Positions 1 to 9,689 of a DNA stretch of 64,000 nucleotides are shown here, piece by piece. The notes under the pieces were generated by a model. That model saw nothing but the letters and a program-made list of their open reading frames with translations, ran no database searches and had not been told where the DNA came from. How positions within the stretch are numbered: the first letter of the stretch is position 1; every line of letters begins with the position of its first letter. The position numbers were made by a program, and so were the translations under genes. This stretch comes from a virus. The stretch covers positions 1 to 64,000 of IMG/VR virus record IMGVR_UViG_3300042867_001289, one strand, 5' to 3'.

Positions 1-1315
1 TACCCGTCGGCTTGCCATCCTCGTCAAGACCGAGACGCTCACGCTCCTCTTTCAGCCGACGAGCACGACGCTCTTGAGGTGTCTCCCCAACTGGAGGCTC
101 AGGAGTTCCCTCAGGAGTAGCATCACCCTGCTCAGAAGTACCCTCAGCCTCACCCGGCTTCGCACCCTCAGGCTTACCCTTATCTGGATCAGAAGCACCT
201 TCAGGAGTAGCATCACCCTGCTCAGAAGTACCCTCAGCCTCACCCGGCTTCGCACCCTCAGGCTTACCCTTATCTGGATCAGAAGCACCTTCAGGAGTAG
301 CATCACCCTGCTCAGAAGTACCCTCAGCCTCACCCGGCTTCGCACCCTCAGGTGGAGCTTCCGGCCCACCTGGCTCAGGAGTACCCTCAGGCGCATCCTC
401 AGGCGCATCCTCAGGTGGCTCTTCAGTCTCACCTGGCTCAGGGGTTCCCTCAGGAGGATAAAGGTTTTGTGGTTCAGGGGTTGAAGACGACTCATCCCAA
501 GGATCTTCCCTATCCTTACGCTCCTGCTCCCGTTTCTTCTGCGCCTCTGCTCTTTTCTTATCTTTCTCTCTCTCTTTCTTGGGTCTAGGATCAGGGAATC
601 TGGAATCATCAGGTTCAAAATAAAAAGCAGGATATTCCCTGTCAAGATAATTCAATATCCGATCTAGCTCTTCAGGGCTAAAAGGACCCTCATCACCAGG
701 ATTCTTAAGACGATCTAACCACTCATCAAGAGTTTCTATCTTCCAATCTTCATCCAGCTGACCTGGACCAATAAATTTCTTTTCTTGAATTTTCCTTGCC
801 CGCTTAATGAGGTCCTCAACCTCACGTTCCTTCTCCTTATCCCTTACAACAGGCTCACCCCCACCCGTTTCAGGAGTCCCAGGCTTTGGAGTACCTTCAG
901 ACCCACCAGGCTTAGTAGTACCACCATTGGTACCACCAGGCTTGCTAGTACCACCGCCATTGCTACCACCGCCATTGGTGCCACCAGGCTTATTAGTACC
1001 ACCGCCCCCAGGAGTAGCAGGCCGCTCCCACGGACTATCATCATCAACCAGCCCATCGCCATCACCATCCTCGGCATTAGGATTAGGCCCATCGGCATCC
1101 GTACCTTTAGGAGGCTTCCCAACACCACCAGCATCACCACCATCACGCCTAAAAGCCTCACCAATAGCCTCAGCTAAACTCCCACCGCCACCGCCACCAC
1201 GACCACCCCCACCAATACGGCGAAGAATACCCATACCAAACATCTTCGCGTCAATATCATCCCCAGACGAATCAAGCGAAGCGTTAATCCGATCCTCAAT
1301 TGGGATATCACCCAT
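1..1315 (-). CDS. Large Gly/Pro/acidic low-complexity protein with DGDGDG..PWERP motif (runs off the window edge); putative virion protein
   Basis: Not in the ORF track. ATG at 1315, directly after the stop of 1318..1521, reads MGDIPIEDRINASLDSSGDDIDAKMFGMGILRRIGGGG...NAEDGDGDGLVDDDSPWERP; appears open to the edge. Confidence 0.8.
   Translation of the reverse strand, partial: MGDIPIEDRINASLDSSGDDIDAKMFGMGILRRIGGGGRGGGGGGSLAEAIGEAFRRDGGDAGGVGKPPKGTDADGPNPNAEDGDGDGLVDDDSPWERPATPGGGGTNKPGGTNGGGSNGGGTSKPGGTNGGTTKPGGSEGTPKPGTPETGGGEPVVRDKEKEREVEDLIKRARKIQEKKFIGPGQLDEDWKIETLDEWLDRLKNPGDEGPFSPEELDRILNYLDREYPAFYFEPDDSRFPDPRPKKEREKDKKRAEAQKKREQERKDREDPWDESSSTPEPQNLYPPEGTPEPGETEEPPEDAPEDAPEGTPEPGGPEAPPEGAKPGEAEGTSEQGDATPEGASDPDKGKPEGAKPGEAEGTSEQGDATPEGASDPDKGKPEGAKPGEAEGTSEQGDATPEGTPEPPVGETPQERRARRLKEERERLGLDEDGKPTG
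111..352. repeat. 90-bp tandem repeat x2.7 inside CDS
   Basis: 111-200 = 201-290, partial third copy to 352; 30-aa unit PEGAKPGEAEGTSEQGDATPEGASDPDKGK on minus strand. Confidence 0.95.
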
Positions 1316-1317
1316 AA

Positions 1318-1521
1318 CTAACCCTCATCAACAGAATCAGAATCTAAAGTAGCTGGCATGTCCAGAATAGCCTGAATCTCAAGCTGAACCTTAGGGTCCT
1401 CCAAAATGTCCTGCTGAGAATAACGATGAGGAATCATGGAAAGCTTCGCAACACGCTCCCAATTCGTATTTTTATTCAAACCTGAAAACGAAGTCACAAA
1501 ACAACTTTCACATAGTCGCAA
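1318..1521 (-). CDS. Small hypothetical protein
   Basis: Fills the gap between two large same-strand genes; start uncertain. Confidence 0.5.
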   Translation of the reverse strand: MRLCESCFVTSFSGLNKNTNWERVAKLSMIPHRYSQQDILEDPKVQLEIQAILDMPATLDSDSVDEG

Positions 1522-1539
1522 AGCACAAACAAGACAAAT

Positions 1540-4500
1540 TTAAGCATATTGATCATTCTCAAACATCTTCAAAAGATCATCTGGATCAATATCCGTAACC
1601 TCTTTAAGTCTAGACGCAAGACCATCCGTCAGCCTAGAAAGTTCATAATTAGCATCAAATCTAGCAGCGCCTATTATTCGCCCAATAGCCTCATTTATTT
1701 CCAAAGCAGAATCGGCCTCTCTAAGAGAAGCTTGCGCCGCACGAATAGCAACCAAAATATCAGCCCTACTCAAACTGTCCGAAACACCAGACCGCTCATT
1801 AGCCAAAACCTGCTTAACACGATCCAACATCTCCCTAGTGCCAGATATCATCCCACCCGTTAAACCACCCATCCAATCAGGCTTAACAATCGTATCCCTA
1901 TATTCCATATTGCTCTTGCCGTGATCAATTGGAACAAACCACGCCATATCGCCACTAGGGGTTTCCCCCGTAAAGAAATTACCGCCATGCCGATCCCCAT
2001 TTTGAATAATCAAATCCAAAAGCAAACCAGAAATAAGAGAATCAGCAGAAGCCTCGCTTGGATACCCCGAATCACCACCATGTTCTAAACTTAAAGCATC
2101 AGCAGGATCACCCGAAAGATTCGCATAATTATGCAAAAGCTCAAAAACTATTGGCCTAGCACCCGGATCGTAACCCCTCGGAGGAAAAGCATCAACTGGT
2201 GGAGGTCCGCCCCAACGCATAGACCCGTAAGCAAAACCTAGCCGTTCAGCAACGTGAGCAGCTAAAACCTCGTTAACGTCTTCATTTGGAAAATACGAGG
2301 TACGCTTACCTGCAGCAGTACCATACTTAATGCCGATACGCTGCTGGCTAACACGATCATAAAACATGGCAATACCGTTAAGACCATCACCTTCAATCTC
2401 ATTCAGGGCAATAAACCGACCAGGGATTTCGCCCCCGGACCGTCGTTCAGTACGCATAAGATTAGTTAAAAAATCTTGCAGCTGATCATCTGCTGGTGCA
2501 AACTCAAAATCTGTTAATTCAATAGGGTCACCCGGATATCCCATTAACTGATGTGCCCGATTAATCTCAGCTTGCAAATCATCTTTAATAAGAGCGTTTC
2601 CAAAAATTGCTTGAGCAAGAAAATCGTCAGGAACTTCAGACAAAGCACCGCCACCAGCTAAATGCTCAACTGCCCCATCTGCATCCATGCCACCATCAAC
2701 AACAGGAATTTCAACAGGCAAATGAAAACCCTCAGGGCTCCTAAGACCCAAAACACGGTCTACGCCTTTCACAACGCTACGCCTAGGCATCAAACCCTGA
2801 CGGGCAGGCCTAAGATCCCCACTTGCAGCAACTGACTCCTCGCGAGAAGGACCATCATATTTTGCCACTTTAGGTAAAGTCTTATTAATTTCATCAACAA
2901 GCCCTGCAAGCATTGCTTCATCATCTCTGGAAATATCAGGAATCTGTTCAGCAACCGCCTTCTCACCCTGTTTATAATGATCAACTATTCTTTTTAAACG
3001 CTTATCATCAACATCTTTCATGTACCGTTCCGTGTCATCCATTTTTGATTGGATAATATTCACAACCTCTTGTTCCCGATCCCTGGTACCCACAAATTCG
3101 GCATCGGTCATTAAAGGATTTTCGAATTTAAGAGCAATAGAATCAAGTTCTTTAAAAAGTTCCTGCATACTGGAATCATTTGCAAAAAATCCTGCGTCTG
3201 GGTCCCAGAGCCAGTCTTCACTTTTTTCTCTAAGCGTGCGAAAGAATCTCTGAGCCTCTTTTTCTGTTTCAGTTAAAACAGGCTCAGGATTCTCGGATTG
3301 CCAGATACCTCTAAGAAGTGCCTGGTTTTCATCCCCCCTATCATGAAGATGAGTTTGTATGATCCTCCCAAGTTCTTTCAAAGATTCAATGTCGGAAACA
3401 AGCCCAGACTTCCTAACCTTTCCTATACGCTTGTTATAATCTTCGAGTAAACGGTCAGCCAAACTCTTGTTGCGTTCTTCTTCAGCCTTAACAAATTCGT
3501 CAATTCTATCAAGAATAATTTTAAGCGTGTATTCGTTCTCACCCGGGTTAGTCTCGCCTGCAGAAATATTAGGGATCTGCTCCGTAACGGCTTCATTTCG
3601 TTGATCAAGCCAATCATAGTAAGCATCTCGATTTCGACCCCTAATAGCTATATTAGCTACATCAACGCTCTCCATTTCCTCACCAAAAGTCTTATCTATT
3701 TTTTTAATTTGCGAAATCAGCAAATCGTATTGACGCTCAAGATCTGTCTTTCTTCCTTTTCGGCCAACACGAGTCCCAGCCTTTGAATCTTTTTTCTTTG
3801 CAGCCTTTAAAGCGTCCGCTGCCATAGTGACAAGTCTGGCCCTTTTCTTATTCAGTTCATCAAACTTAGGATCGGTAGCAGAAAATTCTTGCTCCGGCAA
3901 ATCAACAGGTTTAGGATTCTTAGATTCCCAATCAGCTTCAAGAGCTAGCCTATTTTCAGGTTTATTATCATCAAAATAGGCTTGTATAACACTTCTGAAT
4001 TCCTTTAAAGATTCAAGATCAGCAGCTGACCCAGACTCCTCAATTTTTTTTCTTAGCTTGTAATATTCTTCAAGTGACCTATCACCCAAACTTGTGGCTT
4101 TACGAACCCTTGGCTTAGCAGGAACAGGTTTACTAGGGGGAGGGAACTCGCGCTCGCTTATCGGAACAGCAGGAACGTTAAGGTATGGGAACTTCCTTCT
4201 ATCCCCAATGTCTCTGCTCTCCGATATGTACCTTCTGCGAACAGGGCGCTCCCTCTCGCGAGAAATGCCAGGGGTAAGCGGAGAGCGGACCCTACGCGCG
4301 TTTCTCATAACATCAGACCTCCTAGGCGTAGGAGGAACGTCAGGAGTTGGTTCGATAACCGAAAGAGCAGGAGGTACACTGGAGAACCCTTTACGAGGAG
4401 AAAACCTCTCCGAAATCCGCTCCGAAACTAAACCACCATCACCAGGCTCAGAAACCTTATCCGCACTAAAACTAGAAACCTCAGCCACACGAGGCCTATC

Positions 4501-6468
4501 AACAACTCTCCGCATAAAATCAACAAGCGCCTGCCCAGAATCAGAAAGCCCCTCAGTATCAGCATCCAACATCACAGCAGTGAAAGTCTCAGCAAAAGCC
4601 TCTAATTTATTCGTAAGAGAATATTGTGATATCTGTTGATTGACAGGAACATTCATCTGCCTAACAGCCTCAATGAGCCGTTCAGCAGTCGCTTCAGCTT
4701 CCTCGTCAAGGAAACCAGCTTCCCTCTTACGGTCGACCTCTAACCGCATTTGCTTTAGGTTCAACCAGCTTTTTTCAGAATAAGATTCGTCCCAAACCCA
4801 CTGCTCTTGAAGAGCGTCCAACTCTTCAGCGTTTTCACTTTGATAAAAATCCCATTCACCTAAAATGTCTTCCATTTCAGAAAAATAGTTACCTGCCAGC
4901 TGATCCCATTCCCTACTAAGATCAGTAACTGAAACCATAGGCGTAACATTATTATTAATGGCTTCGTGGAATGCATGGCCCATCTCATGAGCAACAGTAG
5001 CTACATGGTCATCTGGTCCACCTTTAACGAGCCAGTCGCCTATGGCCCTTTCAGTGTCCTTAGGTTCTGAGATTAAGGTATAGACACCAGTTTTTGGTTC
5101 AAAGTCATCGACTACCCCAACGGTGATAAAACCCTCGCCATATTGCCCAGAGACACCACCCGCCCAGTGGGAACCAGCATGCGATGCCAAAACCACTGCA
5201 GGAGTAGGATTGTCAAACTTCTCAAAGAGTTGTCCAATTGGAGAATCAGGACCAAATTTGCTTTCAAAAACACTTTGCAGACTCTCGACAAGAGCAATTC
5301 CTTCTGGGGAAGATAATGCTGCTACCGCATTTTCATGACCATACATTTCCCGATGCCGGGCTTCCCAAAAGACATCTAAATCTTTATCTGTTTTTAAATC
5401 AGCATTAGGGGCAACTAAATCTCTTGATTCTCTTTCCTCGTAACCTCGTAAAAATTCATAAAAATTATCAGGATCATCATCCAGGGCTTGTTCAAGAAGT
5501 AACCCATCATAATCCTTATATGTAGAATCTATATAATCACCAATATCATTTAAATCTAATTTACCAGAATCCGATATAGGGGGATTTGAAACCACATCCT
5601 GCCAGGGGATATCTGGATCTAGATCATCAGAAAAAACTATTTCATCAACCTCTCTCGAACCATACCTTTCGAAAGCTGATTGCAATGCTAAACCCTTAAA
5701 ATAATCTACTGCCCAATCAGGTTCATCAACTGTTAATAGATTATATAAAAGCTCTTCAAATTCCCTATCAGGCAACTCATTAAAATGTGAATGCTGCAAG
5801 AGCAATCGATCTCTCATAACTTGCAATCTGCCCATCGCTGCTTCACGAGGCGAAACAGCAAGCCTGGAACGATCCCATATATCTTGATCTTCAGCAAATG
5901 CAGTAGCAATGGCTTGTAGACTTTCACGCGCTAGTTCGACGTCTTGACTAGTTTCCCAGTCTTCATTACCAGATCTGAATTTGGCGTTGAGTCGATCAAG
6001 CCTAGCCTGTACCTCTAATGCCTCAGCTTTAGCTTGCTCTTGCGCCTTTAATTTATCCTCTTCTTCCACTCTAAGGATTTCGTCGAAGTCGGGTTTAGCA
6101 GATCCCTTTTTACGCTTAGCAGGTTTTTTGGGCTTATCAGGCTTTTTGGCTAAAGAAACAAGCTCACGGGCAGGACTATTCTGATCAAGCGGGTTACTCG
6201 AAAGTACACTCCCAGGAACTTCAAGCTTCGGAGTAACAGCATGCTCCTGATTAGTCCCTTCCTGAGCCCTCCCATCATTATCACGGTCCTTGGCATTTGG
6301 ATCGTACACAGCACGACGCAAAAACCTTTTTAACGGATTCCCACTCCCAGCATTACCACCCCGCCTACCAATACGACTACCGCGAAGACCCCTACCCAAA
6401 ATTTTTGATTCAACATCAACAAACAAATCATCGGCTTTTATGTCATCAATGTCAGTACGTTCAAACAT
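1540..6468 (-). CDS. Polyvalent protein: zincin metallopeptidase plus C-terminal HipA/PI3-4-kinase-like domain
   Basis: HEMGH plus YSLTNKLEAFAETF; LLLDLIIQNGDRHGGN...VPIDHG; N-terminal DPNAKDRDNDGRAQEGT; ATG 6468 abuts the upstream stop. Confidence 0.85.
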   Translation of the reverse strand: MFERTDIDDIKADDLFVDVESKILGRGLRGSRIGRRGGNAGSGNPLKRFLRRAVYDPNAKDRDNDGRAQEGTNQEHAVTPKLEVPGSVLSSNPLDQNSPARELVSLAKKPDKPKKPAKRKKGSAKPDFDEILRVEEEDKLKAQEQAKAEALEVQARLDRLNAKFRSGNEDWETSQDVELARESLQAIATAFAEDQDIWDRSRLAVSPREAAMGRLQVMRDRLLLQHSHFNELPDREFEELLYNLLTVDEPDWAVDYFKGLALQSAFERYGSREVDEIVFSDDLDPDIPWQDVVSNPPISDSGKLDLNDIGDYIDSTYKDYDGLLLEQALDDDPDNFYEFLRGYEERESRDLVAPNADLKTDKDLDVFWEARHREMYGHENAVAALSSPEGIALVESLQSVFESKFGPDSPIGQLFEKFDNPTPAVVLASHAGSHWAGGVSGQYGEGFITVGVVDDFEPKTGVYTLISEPKDTERAIGDWLVKGGPDDHVATVAHEMGHAFHEAINNNVTPMVSVTDLSREWDQLAGNYFSEMEDILGEWDFYQSENAEELDALQEQWVWDESYSEKSWLNLKQMRLEVDRKREAGFLDEEAEATAERLIEAVRQMNVPVNQQISQYSLTNKLEAFAETFTAVMLDADTEGLSDSGQALVDFMRRVVDRPRVAEVSSFSADKVSEPGDGGLVSERISERFSPRKGFSSVPPALSVIEPTPDVPPTPRRSDVMRNARRVRSPLTPGISRERERPVRRRYISESRDIGDRRKFPYLNVPAVPISEREFPPPSKPVPAKPRVRKATSLGDRSLEEYYKLRKKIEESGSAADLESLKEFRSVIQAYFDDNKPENRLALEADWESKNPKPVDLPEQEFSATDPKFDELNKKRARLVTMAADALKAAKKKDSKAGTRVGRKGRKTDLERQYDLLISQIKKIDKTFGEEMESVDVANIAIRGRNRDAYYDWLDQRNEAVTEQIPNISAGETNPGENEYTLKIILDRIDEFVKAEEERNKSLADRLLEDYNKRIGKVRKSGLVSDIESLKELGRIIQTHLHDRGDENQALLRGIWQSENPEPVLTETEKEAQRFFRTLREKSEDWLWDPDAGFFANDSSMQELFKELDSIALKFENPLMTDAEFVGTRDREQEVVNIIQSKMDDTERYMKDVDDKRLKRIVDHYKQGEKAVAEQIPDISRDDEAMLAGLVDEINKTLPKVAKYDGPSREESVAASGDLRPARQGLMPRRSVVKGVDRVLGLRSPEGFHLPVEIPVVDGGMDADGAVEHLAGGGALSEVPDDFLAQAIFGNALIKDDLQAEINRAHQLMGYPGDPIELTDFEFAPADDQLQDFLTNLMRTERRSGGEIPGRFIALNEIEGDGLNGIAMFYDRVSQQRIGIKYGTAAGKRTSYFPNEDVNEVLAAHVAERLGFAYGSMRWGGPPPVDAFPPRGYDPGARPIVFELLHNYANLSGDPADALSLEHGGDSGYPSEASADSLISGLLLDLIIQNGDRHGGNFFTGETPSGDMAWFVPIDHGKSNMEYRDTIVKPDWMGGLTGGMISGTREMLDRVKQVLANERSGVSDSLSRADILVAIRAAQASLREADSALEINEAIGRIIGAARFDANYELSRLTDGLASRLKEVTDIDPDDLLKMFENDQYA

Positions 6469-6469
6469 T

Positions 6470-6796
6470 TTACAAACCTGGTTCCCAAGACTTAACAACA
6501 GCTTTATCCATAGGCGGATTCATCCTTGATAGCAAAGATAAGATCTGCTCATCGGTAACATTTTTGAAAATAAAAAACTTTGCATCGCTCTGAGAAGAAG
6601 GCTGATTAAGGTAAAACGCCTCTTCAGGATCATCAAAACTGTCATCCTTGTAACTAAAAGCTTTACCGTTCCAGTACTCTTCATAGCGGCCAGGCTCACG
6701 GCAAATACAGGTAAGGTATATTCCATCATCAGGACTCTTATAAAAATATGCAATAGGATACAAAGCGTTATTTTCTTTCATAACTATCCAATCCAC
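6470..6796 (-). CDS. Hypothetical protein (candidate immunity/partner)
   Basis: 108 aa, overlaps the end of the upstream kinase gene. Confidence 0.7.
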   Translation of the reverse strand: MDWIVMKENNALYPIAYFYKSPDDGIYLTCICREPGRYEEYWNGKAFSYKDDSFDDPEEAFYLNQPSSQSDAKFFIFKNVTDEQILSLLSRMNPPMDKAVVKSWEPGL

Positions 6797-8721
6797 TTTA
6801 ACAAAGTATCTAGAATCTGGCGTGAACCATCCCGTTGCAGAATAGCTAACCTTGCTTCAGCAATTGTCCGAACAGCATCAAGGTGTTGCAACTCTTCAGG
6901 AGTCAAAATTTTTCCTTTAGAAGAAATCCTATCAGCTGAAACAATTTTACCTAAATCTTCTTCGAGCCGTTCAATAGCCCGATCAGCTGCTTGCTGAAAC
7001 TTTCGACGACGAACCTGAGCTGCACTTGAAGTACCTTTTAAGCCAACACTTAAATGTCTAAAAGGCTTCCTGCATGTTGATGACTCGTAATATTGTTTAA
7101 ACGATTTTGTGCTAGCAGCAGCAAGACCCGAAGAAATGGCGCTCTCCAACCCACGACCACCATATAAAAGACCATGATCGATAAGGCCTAACCTAATCCG
7201 ACCGTCGCTATCCATTCGTGCCATATAATTCCCACCGTGCCGATCAGAATTATCAAAGATGTAATCCAACAAAAGCATCCTAGCCATATCTGAAGGATCA
7301 AGTTTTGTATGATCAGTGAACCCGGCCCGATTCCATTCTTTCCACTTGCCTTCTCGCCCTGCAGCAGGCGTATGATCAAATTCCCACTCTTCTATAGATT
7401 TAACCATCATCCACCGATAAGGCGTAGCGGTCCCTTGCCGTTGAACGTTTTGACCAACCCTAAAATTCTTTTCACTATTACCAAAACCAAGAACCTCAGC
7501 AGCTTTACTCCCAATATTTTCAAGCAAAGAATCATGGTTCCCGAAAGTAGAAACTTTCACATACCAAACACCACCATTTAAGGTATCCGTAACTTGCATT
7601 ACTCTCCAGGGAACATCACGACCTCCAGCCTCATCTTTAATAATCTCAAATTTAAATCTCTGATTCTTAAAACTCACCCCATCACGGAGAAGACCGCCTT
7701 GGCCACTAGCCGTAACAAGATCCTCCTTCGTCAACGTATAACCAGCCAGAGGTCTTCCCAAAATTTCTAAATTTTCGTCAAATAAAACATCAATAATATG
7801 CTCATCAGCAATATCGGTTATATCCCCATCTTTTTCATAAACATGCTTAAGCCCCTTTTCATAATCTTGGATTCCCCATTTCTTAGTACGTCGCGTTTCT
7901 CCGATTTCACCTGGATCAATCCGTCCTGCAAGACGCTCTAATGCCGAAGCAAAGATACGGCGACCAGGGGCATCAGGAGTCTGCACGGCGGGCGGAGCAG
8001 GAGCAGCAGGAGGGGGAGGAGGTGGGTTAGGGGCAGCACGCGAAGCACTAGGAGCAGGAGCAGCACGGCGAGCACGGCGAGCACGGCGAGCAGGAGCAGC
8101 AGGAGCAGCACCCTGGGTCGAACTATCACTACCAGAAACATCAATAGCATTAGCTAGGCGATCAAGTATCCCCACTCTTCTACGAGCAGGTTCGCCACCC
8201 GTGGGAGTAGTCGCCCTGCCAGCAGTTCTAGGACCCATACGGCGACGCACAGCAGCGGCTACGCCACGAGCTCCAGCAGGCCGTTCCCACGGCGTACCAT
8301 CTTGAACCGTATTGTCACTCCCAGGATCACCATTTACAGCATTAGCATCATAACGATCAGCACTACGCCGAATCCTGCCAAAACCCAAAACCTTCTCTTC
8401 AAATCCGTTTAAACGAAAATCAATTGAAGAAATAATTTTCTCGTTATAAAAATCCGACTTACTATCAACAGAATAGTTTTGGTAACTAAGTTTCTGAAAA
8501 TCAGCCCACACCAAATCATCCAAAGGCTCAGGCCCAATAACAACCAACGAAGGATTACTGATCGCCGACTTAATACCCTCTAAAGACGAAGATTCCGACT
8601 CCGACCAAACAGCAAAATCTTTTAACGTACCAGAACCCGCTGCCAAAATATCAAAAGCATGTTCAATCACAATAGCTTTTGAACCAGAAAACGGATCAAC
8701 AATAGTAATAGCATTAGTCAT
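6784..8721 (-). CDS. HipA/PI3-4-kinase-like domain protein
   Basis: WYVK, LLLDYIFDNSDRHGGNY, GLIDHG; N-region DANAVNGD..TVQDGTPWERP; Pro/Ala/Arg linker. Confidence 0.85.
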   Translation of the reverse strand: MTNAITIVDPFSGSKAIVIEHAFDILAAGSGTLKDFAVWSESESSSLEGIKSAISNPSLVVIGPEPLDDLVWADFQKLSYQNYSVDSKSDFYNEKIISSIDFRLNGFEEKVLGFGRIRRSADRYDANAVNGDPGSDNTVQDGTPWERPAGARGVAAAVRRRMGPRTAGRATTPTGGEPARRRVGILDRLANAIDVSGSDSSTQGAAPAAPARRARRARRAAPAPSASRAAPNPPPPPPAAPAPPAVQTPDAPGRRIFASALERLAGRIDPGEIGETRRTKKWGIQDYEKGLKHVYEKDGDITDIADEHIIDVLFDENLEILGRPLAGYTLTKEDLVTASGQGGLLRDGVSFKNQRFKFEIIKDEAGGRDVPWRVMQVTDTLNGGVWYVKVSTFGNHDSLLENIGSKAAEVLGFGNSEKNFRVGQNVQRQGTATPYRWMMVKSIEEWEFDHTPAAGREGKWKEWNRAGFTDHTKLDPSDMARMLLLDYIFDNSDRHGGNYMARMDSDGRIRLGLIDHGLLYGGRGLESAISSGLAAASTKSFKQYYESSTCRKPFRHLSVGLKGTSSAAQVRRRKFQQAADRAIERLEEDLGKIVSADRISSKGKILTPEELQHLDAVRTIAEARLAILQRDGSRQILDTLLKWIG

Positions 8722-9686
8722 TCGGCACTCACAATACTGTTAGCCTTAATCAGCCGAGTTTCTAAAAACTCTAACATTTTGGCCTCATCCATCACTAAGC
8801 CCAACGTAACCAACGAAGCATTTTCATCAGATTCTAAAAGATCTAACCGCTGATTGTATGTAGCACGAATCGTTTTAAAATAAGCTTTTTCCGAATCAGA
8901 CAGAACCCCATCAAACCCATAACCCTGCTGATACTCATCCCAGTCAAAACTTTTGGCACGTTCCAACAAAGCTTTATACAAAGATAGAAGAGACTTACGT
9001 TGAGTTTGCGAAAGGCCCGTAAACAGGGTTTTAAACCCTTCCCAGCCCATATAGCCTTCGCCCAGCACCAGACTGCCTCTGTCTTCCAATTCGTCGCTAG
9101 GTAATCCGGCACCTAAAGAGCACTGGTCAGGGACAACAAAAAGGTTTATTTTTTTACCGTTCATAACAGGTATCAAAGATGACGGATTTCTCCGTCTTTG
9201 ATCAAGCAGATAGTCAGAAATTGCTAATCGCAAAAACTGGTCATCATCAACGTGATGCAACCTAAGACGCTTTGAGCGAACAATTCGAGGCATCGACTCG
9301 GGTGTAGAAAACAGCAGCTTGCGAGAAGAACCAGAGTTCAGATACCTGACTTTGCAAAGAGGTAACCCAAGCCACTCCCGGATGTCGGAAGATACCTTTA
9401 TGGACATACCGGCTAATTCACTGCTATGACTTAAGCGATAATAAGATTCATTTTTGCGTCCAGATAAAAGATCTGCCCCAGTTCCCAAACTGGTAATCTC
9501 AAAAGCGTCAGACAGCCGAATAGCATCATTGAGAAACTTATCGGGAATCGGATCTATTGAACCGCCATCTAAAAGAAACGTTACAGCTTGCTCAACGTTT
9601 TTGATTTTATCAGAGATCGGCGAATCCGAAACTTTCGTAAAAAAGATTGGATTTATAGCGTTTTCGGCGTTAGGCCCAGTCCGCAT
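8718..9686 (-). CDS. Degenerate HipA-like kinase (pseudokinase)
   Basis: ISDYLLDQRRRNPSS and VVPDQC align with D.....DRHGGN and IDHG of neighbours; shares the GGSIDPIPDKFL segment. Confidence 0.65.
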   Translation of the reverse strand: MRTGPNAENAINPIFFTKVSDSPISDKIKNVEQAVTFLLDGGSIDPIPDKFLNDAIRLSDAFEITSLGTGADLLSGRKNESYYRLSHSSELAGMSIKVSSDIREWLGLPLCKVRYLNSGSSRKLLFSTPESMPRIVRSKRLRLHHVDDDQFLRLAISDYLLDQRRRNPSSLIPVMNGKKINLFVVPDQCSLGAGLPSDELEDRGSLVLGEGYMGWEGFKTLFTGLSQTQRKSLLSLYKALLERAKSFDWDEYQQGYGFDGVLSDSEKAYFKTIRATYNQRLDLLESDENASLVTLGLVMDEAKMLEFLETRLIKANSIVSAE

Positions 9687-9689
9687 TTT

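Noticed and set aside
52-1352. Track ORFs 52..645, 74..484, 785..1177, 807..1352, 844..1164
   Set aside because: Shadow frames of the low-complexity minus-strand gene starting at 1315.
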